From the NCBI GenBank assembly GCA_963833985.1, contig CAWIAD010000002.1, positions 5,696,001 through 5,760,000 of the forward strand: DNA of 64,000 nt. The letters are read 5' to 3'. The notes under the pieces are model-generated. The model saw nothing but the letters and a program-made list of their open reading frames with translations. It was not told where the DNA came from and did not search any database. Shown here one piece after another: positions 44,086-54,030 of this stretch (within the stretch, counting starts at the first letter, position 1; each line of letters begins with the position of its first letter). A program made the translations under genes and the position numbers. This DNA is from an uncultured Planctomycetaceae bacterium (lineage in GTDB: Bacteria; Planctomycetota; Planctomycetia; Isosphaerales; Isosphaeraceae).

Positions 44086-44356
44086 GCTTCCTAGCCTTTC
44101 CTGCCATCAGTCCGCGCAGCCTGGCATTGGGCTTCGGCGGATGATCGAGCGCTTGCAAGAACGACTCGCGATCACGATCTGATAGAACTATCGGCGTTTC
44201 TTCCACAAAACGGATCTCGTCTTCGGGGATCACCCGTGCCTTGCGGATGCGAAGTTCGTTCTCGCTCACCTGCTCGATGATGACAGTCGAGTTGGCGAAC
44301 GTTTTTGGCAGGCTCACGCGGCCCTTCGCGTCGGTCGATCTGGTTTCCAGACTCAT
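44078..44356 (-). CDS. Antitoxin with DUF1778-like C-terminus and AbrB/MraZ-like N-terminus
   Basis: TDAKGRVSLPK at N-terminus; IVLSDRDRESFLQALDHPPKPNARL at C-terminus; overlaps toxin start. Confidence 0.8.
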   Translation of the reverse strand: MSLETRSTDAKGRVSLPKTFANSTVIIEQVSENELRIRKARVIPEDEIRFVEETPIVLSDRDRESFLQALDHPPKPNARLRGLMAGKARKRG

Positions 44357-44389
44357 TCTCGCCTCTTTCGATTGGTTGCGATCCAATTG

Positions 44390-44435
44390 ATCATAGGACC
44401 AGCAGAGATTGTGGGCAAGTGGGAATTTCCCACAA
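44390..44435 (-). promoter_or_regulatory. TA promoter and palindromic operator
   Basis: TTGCCC-N17-TATGAT; palindrome GTGGGAA-T-TTCCCAC at 44419-44433 abutting the -35. Confidence 0.7.
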
Positions 44436-44446
44436 AGCCGGGACAT

Positions 44447-46165
44447 TCAAGGATCAGTGCGCTGGCGCCGCAGCCGGTACTTCATACCGGTCACGAAAAA
44501 GCAGGCCGAGGCGACCGTGCCGAAGATTAACGGCGCGAACTGGGGAAACCAGGTCATCGGCAGGATCGCCAGCATCACCGCGGCCGCCTGGAAGTAGTAG
44601 AAGCCCGAGAGCAGACCCGCCTTGACCATGAACAACATACTGTTGGTCACCGCGATCATGGCGATGAGCGACAGCACGGGCAAACCCAGCAGCCACTCCA
44701 CCAGGAAAACCAGGTTGATCGCGACGATGCCCGAGCCCCAGATGTGCGCGAGCTGACGCTCGACGAAGCTGATGGGGCCACCCTGGCGGCGCAGTGCCCA
44801 GAAGAGCGCGGCCCATGCGCCCAGGCCCACGGTGAAGAGCCCCACGTACGGCCAACGGGCCGTCACTCCGGCCAGATGCAGGGCATTGGTGGCTCCGAAG
44901 AAGATGAGCAGGGCCACGCTGTGATAGATCCAGAGCTGGCCCCAGTTCTCGAGCACGCCGGCGTGGTGCGTCTCTCCCAGCAGCCGTGCTCCCAGGGCGC
45001 GCAGGCTGGTGGAGCGCGCGGAGACCGGTTCGTCGCGAAGGAATGCCTCGAGGTCCTCCGCCAGTGCCGCGGCGCTCGGGTACCGCAGCCCGGGCTGCTT
45101 TTGCAGGCAGCGCAAGGTGATCATCTCGAGGTCCGGACTGACGCGCGGGTTCAGGACCCGCGGCGGTAAAGGATCTTGCTCCAGCACCAGCATCACCGTT
45201 TCCACCGGGCTGGCGGCCTGGAACGGCGGCCGACCGGTGAGCATGTGGTAGAGAATCGCTCCCAGACTGTAGACATCGCAGGCCGGCCCGAGCGGACCGC
45301 GGCTTCGCAGGGCGCGGGCCTGCTCGGGAGGCATGTAACCCGGCGTGCCGACGATCGCACCGGACGGCGTGAGCGAGTCCTCGGCGTGGAGGTCCAGCCG
45401 CTTGGCCAGGCCGAAGTCGCTGACGTAGCCGTGGCCCTCAGTGTCGATCAGGATGTTGGATGGTTTGAGGTCGCGGTGCAGGATCCCGTGGTCGTGCGCA
45501 TAGTGGATGGCCCGGCAGATGGGAACCAGCAGGCGGGCCGCGTCCAGACCCGGCAGCGGGCCATCGGCCAGTTTCCGCGCCAGAGTGGTTCCCTTGATGT
45601 ACTGCATCGTGAAGAACGGCTGACCCTCGTGCTCGCCCACCTGGAGCACAGGGACGATGTGCGGATGCGCGAGCTGCTCGGCGGCCATCGCTTCCACGCG
45701 GAACCGCTCCACCTCCTGCGCCTTCGAGCCCACCCCGCGCAGCAGACGCTTCAGGGCCACGATGCGCCCGCGCCCGAGCTCGCGGGCGCGGTAGACCACC
45801 CCCATGCCGCCCTGGCCCAGCTCTTCGAAGACCTGATAGTCACCAAAGAAACGAGGCGACTCGGAGGATGCGAGCCGGTCCGACGATGCGTCGGCCGCCG
45901 GCGCGTGCAGGGCCTGCTCGCTCACGGGCCGTCGTGCCGGCCCCGCGCGTGCCAGCGATTCGGTGACCCGGATCGTTGCCCAGAGCGAGCGCAGCTCATC
46001 GGCCAGGCGGGGATATTCGCTGGCAATCGCCTCCACGTCGGCGTTTTCTCCCCGGCGGGCGGCTGCTGTCAGCTCATCGATCAGGTGCACCAGGAGCGAC
46101 GCGTCCGACTCGGTCAGGGGCAGCGGCTCGGCTGCCGATCCGCCCGCTCGATCGGGTGTTTCCAT
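44447..46165 (-). CDS. Hanks-type Ser/Thr kinase with C-terminal multi-TM domain
   Basis: LGQGGMGVVY, VALK, HRDLKPSN, DFG, GTPGYMPPE; ~6 TM helices. Confidence 0.95.
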   Translation of the reverse strand: METPDRAGGSAAEPLPLTESDASLLVHLIDELTAAARRGENADVEAIASEYPRLADELRSLWATIRVTESLARAGPARRPVSEQALHAPAADASSDRLASSESPRFFGDYQVFEELGQGGMGVVYRARELGRGRIVALKRLLRGVGSKAQEVERFRVEAMAAEQLAHPHIVPVLQVGEHEGQPFFTMQYIKGTTLARKLADGPLPGLDAARLLVPICRAIHYAHDHGILHRDLKPSNILIDTEGHGYVSDFGLAKRLDLHAEDSLTPSGAIVGTPGYMPPEQARALRSRGPLGPACDVYSLGAILYHMLTGRPPFQAASPVETVMLVLEQDPLPPRVLNPRVSPDLEMITLRCLQKQPGLRYPSAAALAEDLEAFLRDEPVSARSTSLRALGARLLGETHHAGVLENWGQLWIYHSVALLIFFGATNALHLAGVTARWPYVGLFTVGLGAWAALFWALRRQGGPISFVERQLAHIWGSGIVAINLVFLVEWLLGLPVLSLIAMIAVTNSMLFMVKAGLLSGFYYFQAAAVMLAILPMTWFPQFAPLIFGTVASACFFVTGMKYRLRRQRTDP

Positions 46166-46188
46166 GGCGTGCGCTCCGTGAGACAGGG

Positions 46189-46830
46189 TCAGCAAAGTGA
46201 CGGGGCTTCGCCCAGGATCGAGCGCAGACGGCGGAGAGCGCGCAGATGGCGCATGCCGGCCGCGGCCTCGCTCAACCGCAGCGTCTGCGCGGCTTCGCTG
46301 TTGGAGAGCTGCTCGAAGTGGCGGAGCACGATGATCTCGCGGTCGGCATCGTCAAGACGATCAAGGGCCATCCGGAACCGGCGCTGGAGCTCTTCCCGCA
46401 ACGCCTCGGCCGCGGGAGTGAGCGCGGGATCGCAAAGCTGGCTAGCCAGGTCGAGCGCGGAGCGGTCGGCGAGCGCGCCTCGGGCGGAATTCCAGGCCAG
46501 CGGCTGCTCACGATCCAGGCTGCGCTTGCCCGCGCCGCGGTGCCGGCGGTGGGCGTCGATCACATGGTCGTGGGCAATCTGGCGGAGCCAGAGATGAAAT
46601 GGCAGGGCGGGGTTGCGCAGGTAGTCGCCAAGTCTCTGGCTGGCCTTCAGCAGCACATCCTGAACGATGTCGCTGGCGTCGACCCGCCGCCCCAGCGCCC
46701 GGTCCAGCCTCAGCCCGATCATCTGCCGCAGGGCAGGGCGGTGACGCTCCCACAGCTCGTCCGCGGCACCGGAATCGGACTGCTGGACCTGCTTCAAGAG
46801 CCGCTCGGTTTCACGGGCGTCTGGCCACAT
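46189..46830 (-). CDS. ECF sigma-70 factor, kinase-associated planctomycete type
   Basis: RRVDASDIVQD, WLRQIA, DREIIVLRHFEQLSNSEAA. Confidence 0.92.
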   Translation of the reverse strand: MWPDARETERLLKQVQQSDSGAADELWERHRPALRQMIGLRLDRALGRRVDASDIVQDVLLKASQRLGDYLRNPALPFHLWLRQIAHDHVIDAHRRHRGAGKRSLDREQPLAWNSARGALADRSALDLASQLCDPALTPAAEALREELQRRFRMALDRLDDADREIIVLRHFEQLSNSEAAQTLRLSEAAAGMRHLRALRRLRSILGEAPSLC

Positions 46831-47108
46831 CCATCGATCCCTGCATTGGACGGCTCTGCCCGCGCGGCTGACTTCCACCCTGCCGTTCCGAGCGATGCGC
46901 CGGGCGCGGACCTGGACCGATTCGCCAGTATAACCGCCCGGGCGCAAGAGCGGCCATGAGCCCCGGCGTCTGGCCGCTTGCGGCCACGACCGGGGTTTTC
47001 CCCAGGCGCTCCGAAAAGGCGTGTTAATCTCCGGGCTGCCCTTTCGGTTCAATTCGTGAGACGTGCCGAAGAATCAAGAACCATGTCCCTGGAAGGGAGA
47101 ATTCTGCC

Positions 47109-47522
47109 ATGTACGCTGTGTACGCATACATCGTCTACCTGTTCATCAGCATCGGAGTGACGATCTGGGTCGCGCGGACGCTCTCCAGCAATGGACGCGT
47201 CTTCCTGATTGACACCTTCCTGCACAACGAGCCGCTGGCCAATGCGGTCAACAACCTGCTGGTGGTCGGCTTTTACCTGATCAATGCCGGTTACGTGGCA
47301 CTGGCATTGAAGTACGGCCCGAAGCCGACCGACCTGGCCGGCACCATTGAGACCATCAGCACGAAGGTGGGTCTGGTCCTGCTGGTGCTGGGCGCGATGC
47401 ATTTCTTCAACCTGTACGTGTTTTCCAGGATGCGCCGCAAGGCACTGCTGCGCAACCAGAAGCCGCCGGTGGCTCCTGAGCAGTTTCTGGCCCCGATTCA
47501 CACGTTTCAGACGGTCGAGTAA
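47109..47522 (+). CDS. Small membrane protein (3 TM)
   Basis: GGGAGA RBS; hydrophobic helices, AVNNLLVVGFYLIN. Confidence 0.8.
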   Translation: MYAVYAYIVYLFISIGVTIWVARTLSSNGRVFLIDTFLHNEPLANAVNNLLVVGFYLINAGYVALALKYGPKPTDLAGTIETISTKVGLVLLVLGAMHFFNLYVFSRMRRKALLRNQKPPVAPEQFLAPIHTFQTVE

Positions 47523-47637
47523 CCGTCATCCTCGGGCCGCCGTGGGACGCTCGAAGTTCAGCAGGTACGGCCGGCCGGAACCCGGTCTGCCGCCCAGGGC
47601 TGACCCACGGCCGTCCTTTTCCTCAAGGAGCAGTCCC

Positions 47638-48111
47638 ATGGAGAAGCTGTACGTCCTGTATGACGCTCGGTGTGGCCTGTGCAGCTGGGCGCGGCGGTGG
47701 CTGGCACAGCAGCCGGCGCACCTTCAGCTGGTCTTCATTCCGGCGGGGTCGGCCCTGGCGGCGCGGCTCTTTCCGGGGCTGGAGCGGCCGGGCGAGAGCG
47801 TGGAGGAATTAGTCGTGGTCAGCGATGAAGGGGGCGTTTACCACGAGGGTAACGCGTGGATCATGTGCCTGTTCGCGCTCGAAGAGTACCGCGACTGGGC
47901 CAATCGCCTGGCGCATCCGCTGCTTCGTCCGCTGGCCCGGCAGGCCTTCACCTTGCTGAGCGGCCAGCGGTCGCGCATCTCGCGCTGGCTGAAACTGGCC
48001 AGCGAGCGGGAAATCGCCGAGGCCCTCAGCCGCGTCAGCGCGCCGGCCTGCGCCACCGAGCCGACGCACGCACCGCACCGTACCTTGCCCATCACAGGGC
48101 TTGACGGCTGA
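47638..48111 (+). CDS. DCC1-like thiol-disulfide oxidoreductase (DUF393)
   Basis: VLYDARCGLC (DxxCxxC); AAGGAG RBS. Confidence 0.85.
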   Translation: MEKLYVLYDARCGLCSWARRWLAQQPAHLQLVFIPAGSALAARLFPGLERPGESVEELVVVSDEGGVYHEGNAWIMCLFALEEYRDWANRLAHPLLRPLARQAFTLLSGQRSRISRWLKLASEREIAEALSRVSAPACATEPTHAPHRTLPITGLDG

Positions 48112-49195
48112 TCTCCGCCAGCTTGGCCAGGCTCCAGACCTTGACCAGTCCGTCGTTGCCCGCGGTCACCAGGGTCTCACCGCTGGACGAGAGCGCCAGG
48201 CCTTTCACCCATCCGTCGTGCGCAGGGATGACCGCCTTCGGCTTCAGGGCGGCGATATCCCAGAAGGTCAGGTTGCCGTGCTCGTCGCCCGTGACGAGCG
48301 ATTCGTCGTGCCGCGTGAAGGCGACGGTGGTGTAGGTGGTCACCGTACCGTGAAGGACACGGCATTCCGCCCGGCCCGAGACGTCCCAGAGCTGCACGCC
48401 CTGTCCGGCCAGGGCCGTCGTGGCCACGAGATTGCCATCGGCGGAGAACGCCACCGCGAGCACGATCCCCTCGTGGGTTCGCAAGTCTGCCAGCTGCCGC
48501 GCGGGATCGATGCTCCAGAGCCGGATGCTTTCATCGTCTCCGGCGGACACCAGGGTCTGCCCACCGGGACTAAACGCCAGTGTCGAGACAGGGCCATGAT
48601 GCCCGCAGAGCGTGCCCAGCAGCCGGTGGGCGGGCAGGTCCCAGAGATAGATTCGTGAATCCGTGCTCGAGCAAGCCAGCCTGTTGCCGGCGGGCGAGAA
48701 CGCGACCACGAGGATCATTTCGGTGCCGGCGTGCAGGTCTGCTCGCTTCTCGCCTGTTGCGGTATCCCAGAGCGAGACCGTCCCATCCATGTTGCCCGCG
48801 GCCAGGGTGAGCCCATCCGGTGACAGCGCCAGCGACCGCGTGCCGCCGGGGTGATGTTCCGGGAGCAGTGTCTCGCCCCAGTCCACCTCCCGCCCCTGGC
48901 GCCAGACCCAGAGAGGCCGGTCTCGACACGTCGCGGCCAGGTGGCTGGCATCGGCCGATATCGCCAGGGTGGTCACGTCACCGGACAGATTGAATACCGC
49001 TTGAGCCGCCGGAAACCGCGAGGCGTCGTCGCCGTCGGGCCAAGCCAGAGGCAAGATCACGAAGACAAGCAACAGCGCAACGAGGAACGGCGATGGGAGC
49101 GAAAGCCTGAGCCGTCGCGCTCGATGCTTGATCCGCCAGGCAATACGCACGTTCTCGCCCGTGCCTTTCTGTAGCACGAAGGGAAGTCGGATCAT
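48092..49195 (-). CDS. WD40-repeat protein with N-terminal membrane anchor
   Basis: Repeated GH..AFSPxG..SAGDD..IRLW motifs. Confidence 0.9.
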   Translation of the reverse strand: MIRLPFVLQKGTGENVRIAWRIKHRARRLRLSLPSPFLVALLLVFVILPLAWPDGDDASRFPAAQAVFNLSGDVTTLAISADASHLAATCRDRPLWVWRQGREVDWGETLLPEHHPGGTRSLALSPDGLTLAAGNMDGTVSLWDTATGEKRADLHAGTEMILVVAFSPAGNRLACSSTDSRIYLWDLPAHRLLGTLCGHHGPVSTLAFSPGGQTLVSAGDDESIRLWSIDPARQLADLRTHEGIVLAVAFSADGNLVATTALAGQGVQLWDVSGRAECRVLHGTVTTYTTVAFTRHDESLVTGDEHGNLTFWDIAALKPKAVIPAHDGWVKGLALSSSGETLVTAGNDGLVKVWSLAKLAEISRQAL

Positions 49196-49701
49196 GATTC
49201 GCCCCTTCCATGAGCCTCCGGGGTGGTTCGCCTCTTCGCCAGCCCCAACTCAAATTGTAGGTCCTAAAACAGAAAAGGGAAAAAGTACAGAGCAGAAATC
49301 AAAGAATTTCAATGAGACGGCAAATGCAGCATGCACACTCCCGGATTGCACGGGAACCTCGATGATGGGATCGGCCGCCATTCGCTGCTTTCTTCAAAAA
49401 ACACGTGACATTGAGGTATCAGCAGCTATAGGATAAACCGATGGCCTGGCAGCGCCCCGGCTTCCCGGCCATCCCCGTGGCGTTCGTGCGGTCGGATCCT
49501 TGAAACCGAACAGCCCAGGGCCAGACCGAACGCCTGATAAAACGCCAAAAAAAACTTGATTCACGAGTCGCTCTGCACCGACGATCGTGTATAGTCGAGA
49601 AAGCCATCCATCAGGTGTGTCTGATGGTCGTAAGCTTCTTTTGCGGGAGACACTCGCGGAACCTGACCGGTTTCCCTTCCCAGCAATGACGGAGAGTTGC
49701 C

Positions 49702-50076
49702 ATGAACTGGAATCGACCCGAAGGTCGAAAGGGCCTGACCCCTGAACCACCGGAGAAGTATCTGCCTTCCCGGCTGCGCGCCTTGATCGACGAGGCGACC
49801 ACCGACAGCAACGACGAGAGCGACGAGCATACCGGACTTCTCGGGATGATCCGCGAGGAAGTGGCCTGCCCGTTCCGGGCACGTCTGGAGGGCGAGGACG
49901 TCGAGTGCACTCGCTTTGAATGGCCAAAAAACGGCTATGGCCTGAACGCGGTTTGCCTCACCCGAAAGGGCAGGACACGCGTGGTGGATATCAGCAAGCT
50001 GGAGTGGACCGACTCCGTCCCCGCGGGACACAAATGGATCGAGGCCTACCTCTCATGGCGTGACCAACTGGTCTGA
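49702..50076 (+). CDS. CcbP-like calcium-binding domain protein
   Basis: LIDEATTDSNDESDE..CPFRA..WIEAYLSW pattern; GGAGAG RBS. Confidence 0.65.
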   Translation: MNWNRPEGRKGLTPEPPEKYLPSRLRALIDEATTDSNDESDEHTGLLGMIREEVACPFRARLEGEDVECTRFEWPKNGYGLNAVCLTRKGRTRVVDISKLEWTDSVPAGHKWIEAYLSWRDQLV

Positions 50077-50296
50077 GCCGCCGGGCCGGAAGGCCATCGG
50101 CCTGCGGGAAGCACGCAGCGAAGCAACGTCAGAAACGAAGTCGATGTCTTGGAAGTTCTCTGGTCTATGTTTTCTCTTAAAAATCTTGAATCTTTGATCC
50201 GACAGACTGTCTCCTGGAGTACCGCTGTCCTGTACTGAAAACGTTTGCCTTGGATCTGCCGCGCTCGGAAGAATCTGTCCTGATGGCTGCACCGGC

Positions 50297-51762
50297 TCAC
50301 GCCGTTCTCTCGGGTACGCTGAAGGGCTGGCGGTAGGGCCGGGTGAGCATCTGGTTGGCCTCATCGTCGCCTGCAAATGTTTCGGTGGCCGCGTCGAACG
50401 TGAGCCTGCGGCCGAGCCGGTAGTTCAGGCCGTCGAGCGCCACCTCGTTGCCGCGCAGGTGTTCTTCCATGCGCGCCAGTGTCTCCGCGGCTTCCTTATC
50501 ATCTCCGAAGGCCCCCGCGGGCTTGCTGAAGGGGACATCCGTGCCCAGCCGGTAAGAGATGTTGGCGAGGTGGCAAAGGGCCGCCGAGTAATGCCCCTGA
50601 AGGATATCGGCGTTCAGGTCCCCTGACCGGCGCGAGCGCATGGCCGCGATGAAGTTGGCGAAATGACCCTGGCCCGGCCCGCGAGGATCCGGCGCCAGAC
50701 CCAGCTTCGAGAGCGGTTCACCCTGCTTGCTGCCCTTGCGATAGAAGGTCTTCTCGACGATGGTTCCTTCCTCCAGGTGAGCAATGTTGCCCACCTTCTG
50801 GCCGAGATAGCCTTCCGTGGGCAGCCCGCGCACCTCGAAGATGAGCGGGGTACCGCCGAAATCCATGAGGCTGATCTGGGTATTCGCAGTCTGGCCCTGG
50901 TCGCTGTAGCCGAACCGGCCGCCGAGCGTGCGCACGGTCGTGGGGTACGTGGCACTTTCCCCCTTCGCTCCGGGGATCAGCCAGCGCGCGATGTCCATCT
51001 GGTGCACGCCCTGGTTGCCAATGTCGCCGTTGCCGAAATCCCAGAACCAGTGCCAGTTGTAATGCACCAGGTTGGCGTGATAGGCCTGCTGGGCGCGGGG
51101 CCAAGCCAGAGATTGAAGTCGACCTCGGCGGGTGGTGTCGCGTTCGGCCTGAAGCCGATCGAACCGCGCGGCTTGTAGCAGAGCGCCCGTGAGACAAGCA
51201 GCTTGCCGAACTTTCCGGATCGAACCGCCGCCACGGCCAGCGCCCAGTCCCGGCTCGAGCGGCTCTGTGTGCCATGCTGGACGATGCGTTGATACCGCCG
51301 CGCCGCCTCGACGGCGATCCGGCCCTCGTGGATGTTGTGGCTGCACGGCTTCTCGACATAGACGTCTTTCCCCGCCTGGCAGGCCCAGATCGTCATGAGC
51401 GCATGCCAGTGGTTCGGCGTGGCGATGGAAACCGCGTCCACATTCTTGTCGTCGAGCACGCGGCGGATGTCCTGGACGGTCGAGGGCGCCCGGCCCCCGC
51501 GCGACTCGATCCGGCGGATGCGCTTCTCGTAGGTCCGCGTGTCGGGGTCGACCAGGCAGGCGATGGCCACGCCGGGCATCTTCACGTACTCGTCGACGTG
51601 CGACCCGCCCCGTCCGTTGAGCCCGGCGATCGCCACGCGGATCGTATCATTCGCGCCGATGACCCGCCCGCTCGACCGCGTGCCGCTGATGGCGAACCCC
51701 GCGCCGGCCATGGCTACCGACCGGTGCAGGAACTGGCGACGACTCAGGTTGCTCTTCGGCAT
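50297..51762 (-). pseudogene. Tat-exported Gfo/Idh/MocA oxidoreductase, frameshifted near 51091
   Basis: SRRQF, TPNHWH, YVEKP, LWLGPAP|QQAYH..GNQGVHQMD. Confidence 0.85.
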
Positions 51763-51964
51763 GGCGCGGGTCCTTTCTCTTGAGACGGGAACGTGCTCCG
51801 AATAGGCGTCGCCAGGCGGCGCGTCGGACATCGATAATGGAATACGCGCCATGATAAGTCATCAATCCGCCGATTCCCACACGGACCTCTCCCGCGCACA
51901 ACCGGACGCTTGGTTCACTTGCGGGCAAGCGTCGACTTTCTGGAAAGAGGGAGACACAAGCGCG

Positions 51965-52135
51965 ATGAGCGCACTCGCCCGAATCGAGCGCATCCTGGAA
52001 GGTCTCTCGGAGGATCGGATCCGCCAGTTGATTGATTTCGCTCGATTCCTCGCGCTGGAGCAGGAACGGCAAGAGTGGCTAGGATTTGGTCAGCAGCAGC
52101 TTGCGCGGGCCTATGGCTCGGATGAGCCCGATTAG
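51965..52135 (+). pseudogene. DUF2281-like small antitoxin, probably prematurely stopped
   Basis: LSEDRIRQLIDFARFL..LARAYGSDEPD*SEVDI; GGGAG RBS. Confidence 0.55.
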
Positions 52136-52360
52136 AGTGAGGTGGACATACGGCCGAATCACCAATCATGCCCCCGAACGGGGCTGGCGAGAACGCGGTC
52201 GTGCCAGAGAGCCAAGACAGCGAGACCCTGCGCCCCCGGGCGTGCGCTCAGATGAAGAAGGGAAATCGCTTCGGGGGCCTCCGTATCCCAGGCACGAGGA
52301 GCTGTATGACCGCTTCGACCGATGATAGCTTGTGCGCACTGGATGCGAAGTAGCCGCCCG

Positions 52361-52620
52361 TCAATACCCCTCGTCATCGTCCTCCGCGACGATTTCCTGG
52401 GCGGCGATTTCTCGCCAGGGCTCAAGCGCAGATGATGGAGTGCCCGCGGCTCAATGGCAATCGGCGACGGGACCTTCGAATACCTTGAACTCGGGGAAGG
52501 TCAAGAGGAGGCGGCGTAGGTCGGTCAGGTCCGACGGCCCCTTGGCTGTCGCGGAGCGCTGGACCATGCTTTGCACCTTCTGAGCGACTAGTCTAGGGAG
52601 CGAAATCGCGGAAAGTACAG
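52361..52620 (-). pseudogene. Nucleotidyltransferase-like protein C-terminal relic
   Basis: LVAQKVQSM..KGPSDLTDLRRLLLTFPEFK..*AAG..WREIAAQEIVAEDDDEGY*; internal stop at 52451. Confidence 0.5.
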
Positions 52621-52710
52621 TTCTCTGCGACCCGGCCCACTCTCCCCAAAACCCGCTAAAGATCAAGTTACACAGCAATATAGCATAACAGCATGCGAAC
52701 GTTACCCTCC

Positions 52711-53832
52711 TCACGGCTCCAGGAACTCTCGGGTCAAACGGGTGAAGGTGATGTACTGATAGCCGTGGGTGACGCCTCGCTCCCAGAGCAGGCCGACGCT
52801 CCGGTCCTTGAGGATCGTCAGGTCGGAATACGCGGCCGGGCCGGCGGAGATCGATCGTTCCACGGGGAAGGTCAGGCCCTCGTCGTAGCTGATCCGCAAG
52901 ACAAGGTTCTGCCGATCCGGACCTTTCGGCCCGGTCCAGATCATCCGGTCGCGATCGTCGCCAGACGCTTTCAGCGTGTAGCGCTCGATGGCGCAAGCGA
53001 CCGGTGTGACGGGGAGTCCGGGCCGGATGTCTGACCAGGTCGTGCCGCCGTCGCGGCTGGACGACTGGTACCGGCGCTTGTCGGTTTCCATCCGCAGGTC
53101 CATGAGCAGATCTCCGCCGGCACACTCGACGAGCTGGCATTCGTTGCCGCCGATACCCTCGATGAGGGAAGAACGCTGCCAGCTCTTGCCTTGGTCGTCG
53201 CTGTACAGGGCAAAGCTCATGAAAGGCTCGAACTTCCAGCACGGGGCCACGAGCCGGCCTGTCCGGGTCTGGATCATCCCCCCCGGCCCGGCCACGGTGA
53301 CGCGCCACCTGGGGTCGCCGAAATCCCGCGAGACACGGGTCAGGTCGATCGGCTCCGACCAGGTCAACCCGTTGTCGTCGCTGGTGCGCGCGAGTTGCTG
53401 CGAGTCGTCGGTGCCGGGACGGGCCGCGTCGGGGTTGCAGCCCGGCTTGCACCGCATGTAGAGCAACCAGACACGACCGTTCGTGCGGTCAACCAGGGTG
53501 GCCGGATTGCCGGCCGACCAGAGCTCGCCGGGATCCTCGATCACCTTCATCGGCGACCAGGTCTTGCCGCCGTCCGTGCTCCGCCGGGAAACCAGATCGA
53601 TGTCCTGACCCTTGAAACCCGGGTCGCCCAGGTGGTTCTTGCGTGCCTCCGCGAAGGCCAGCAGCGAGCCATCCGGTGCGGTCTCGATGGCCGGGATACG
53701 ATAGCCAAAGTAACCGCCGGTGTGCTCGACGAACAAATCGATTCCTGCCGGCGGCCCCTCCGCCCGCGCTGGCACCGTCAGGATGAGGGCGAGGACGACG
53801 ACGATCTGAAGTATCTGGATCACGCGCCGCAT
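52711..53832 (-). CDS. Sialidase-family (GH33/BNR) protein, secreted
   Basis: YRIP motif, five Asp-boxes (SxDxGxTW), NEC, AYS. Confidence 0.9.
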   Translation of the reverse strand: MRRVIQILQIVVVLALILTVPARAEGPPAGIDLFVEHTGGYFGYRIPAIETAPDGSLLAFAEARKNHLGDPGFKGQDIDLVSRRSTDGGKTWSPMKVIEDPGELWSAGNPATLVDRTNGRVWLLYMRCKPGCNPDAARPGTDDSQQLARTSDDNGLTWSEPIDLTRVSRDFGDPRWRVTVAGPGGMIQTRTGRLVAPCWKFEPFMSFALYSDDQGKSWQRSSLIEGIGGNECQLVECAGGDLLMDLRMETDKRRYQSSSRDGGTTWSDIRPGLPVTPVACAIERYTLKASGDDRDRMIWTGPKGPDRQNLVLRISYDEGLTFPVERSISAGPAAYSDLTILKDRSVGLLWERGVTHGYQYITFTRLTREFLEP

Positions 53833-54030
53833 GGCTGCCACTCCCGCGCTCGCACGTTCGTGATGGTCTTCCTCACTCGATCCTGACCGGGGGGAAGCCG
53901 GCTTTCAACGGCCCAGCCAGCGGTTATCAAGCTGCATGCGGCCGCTGGTGGAGCTTCGTCCCAGCGCAGCACCGGCGCTGAACTTCGTACCCCCAGTTCC
54001 AATCCGGTCCGCCATGCCGGGGTCGGTGGG

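Noticed and set aside
43467..44571. DGR template/variable repeat pair
   Set aside because: Mismatches are not adenine-specific on either strand, are mostly synonymous, and no reverse transcriptase is present in the window.
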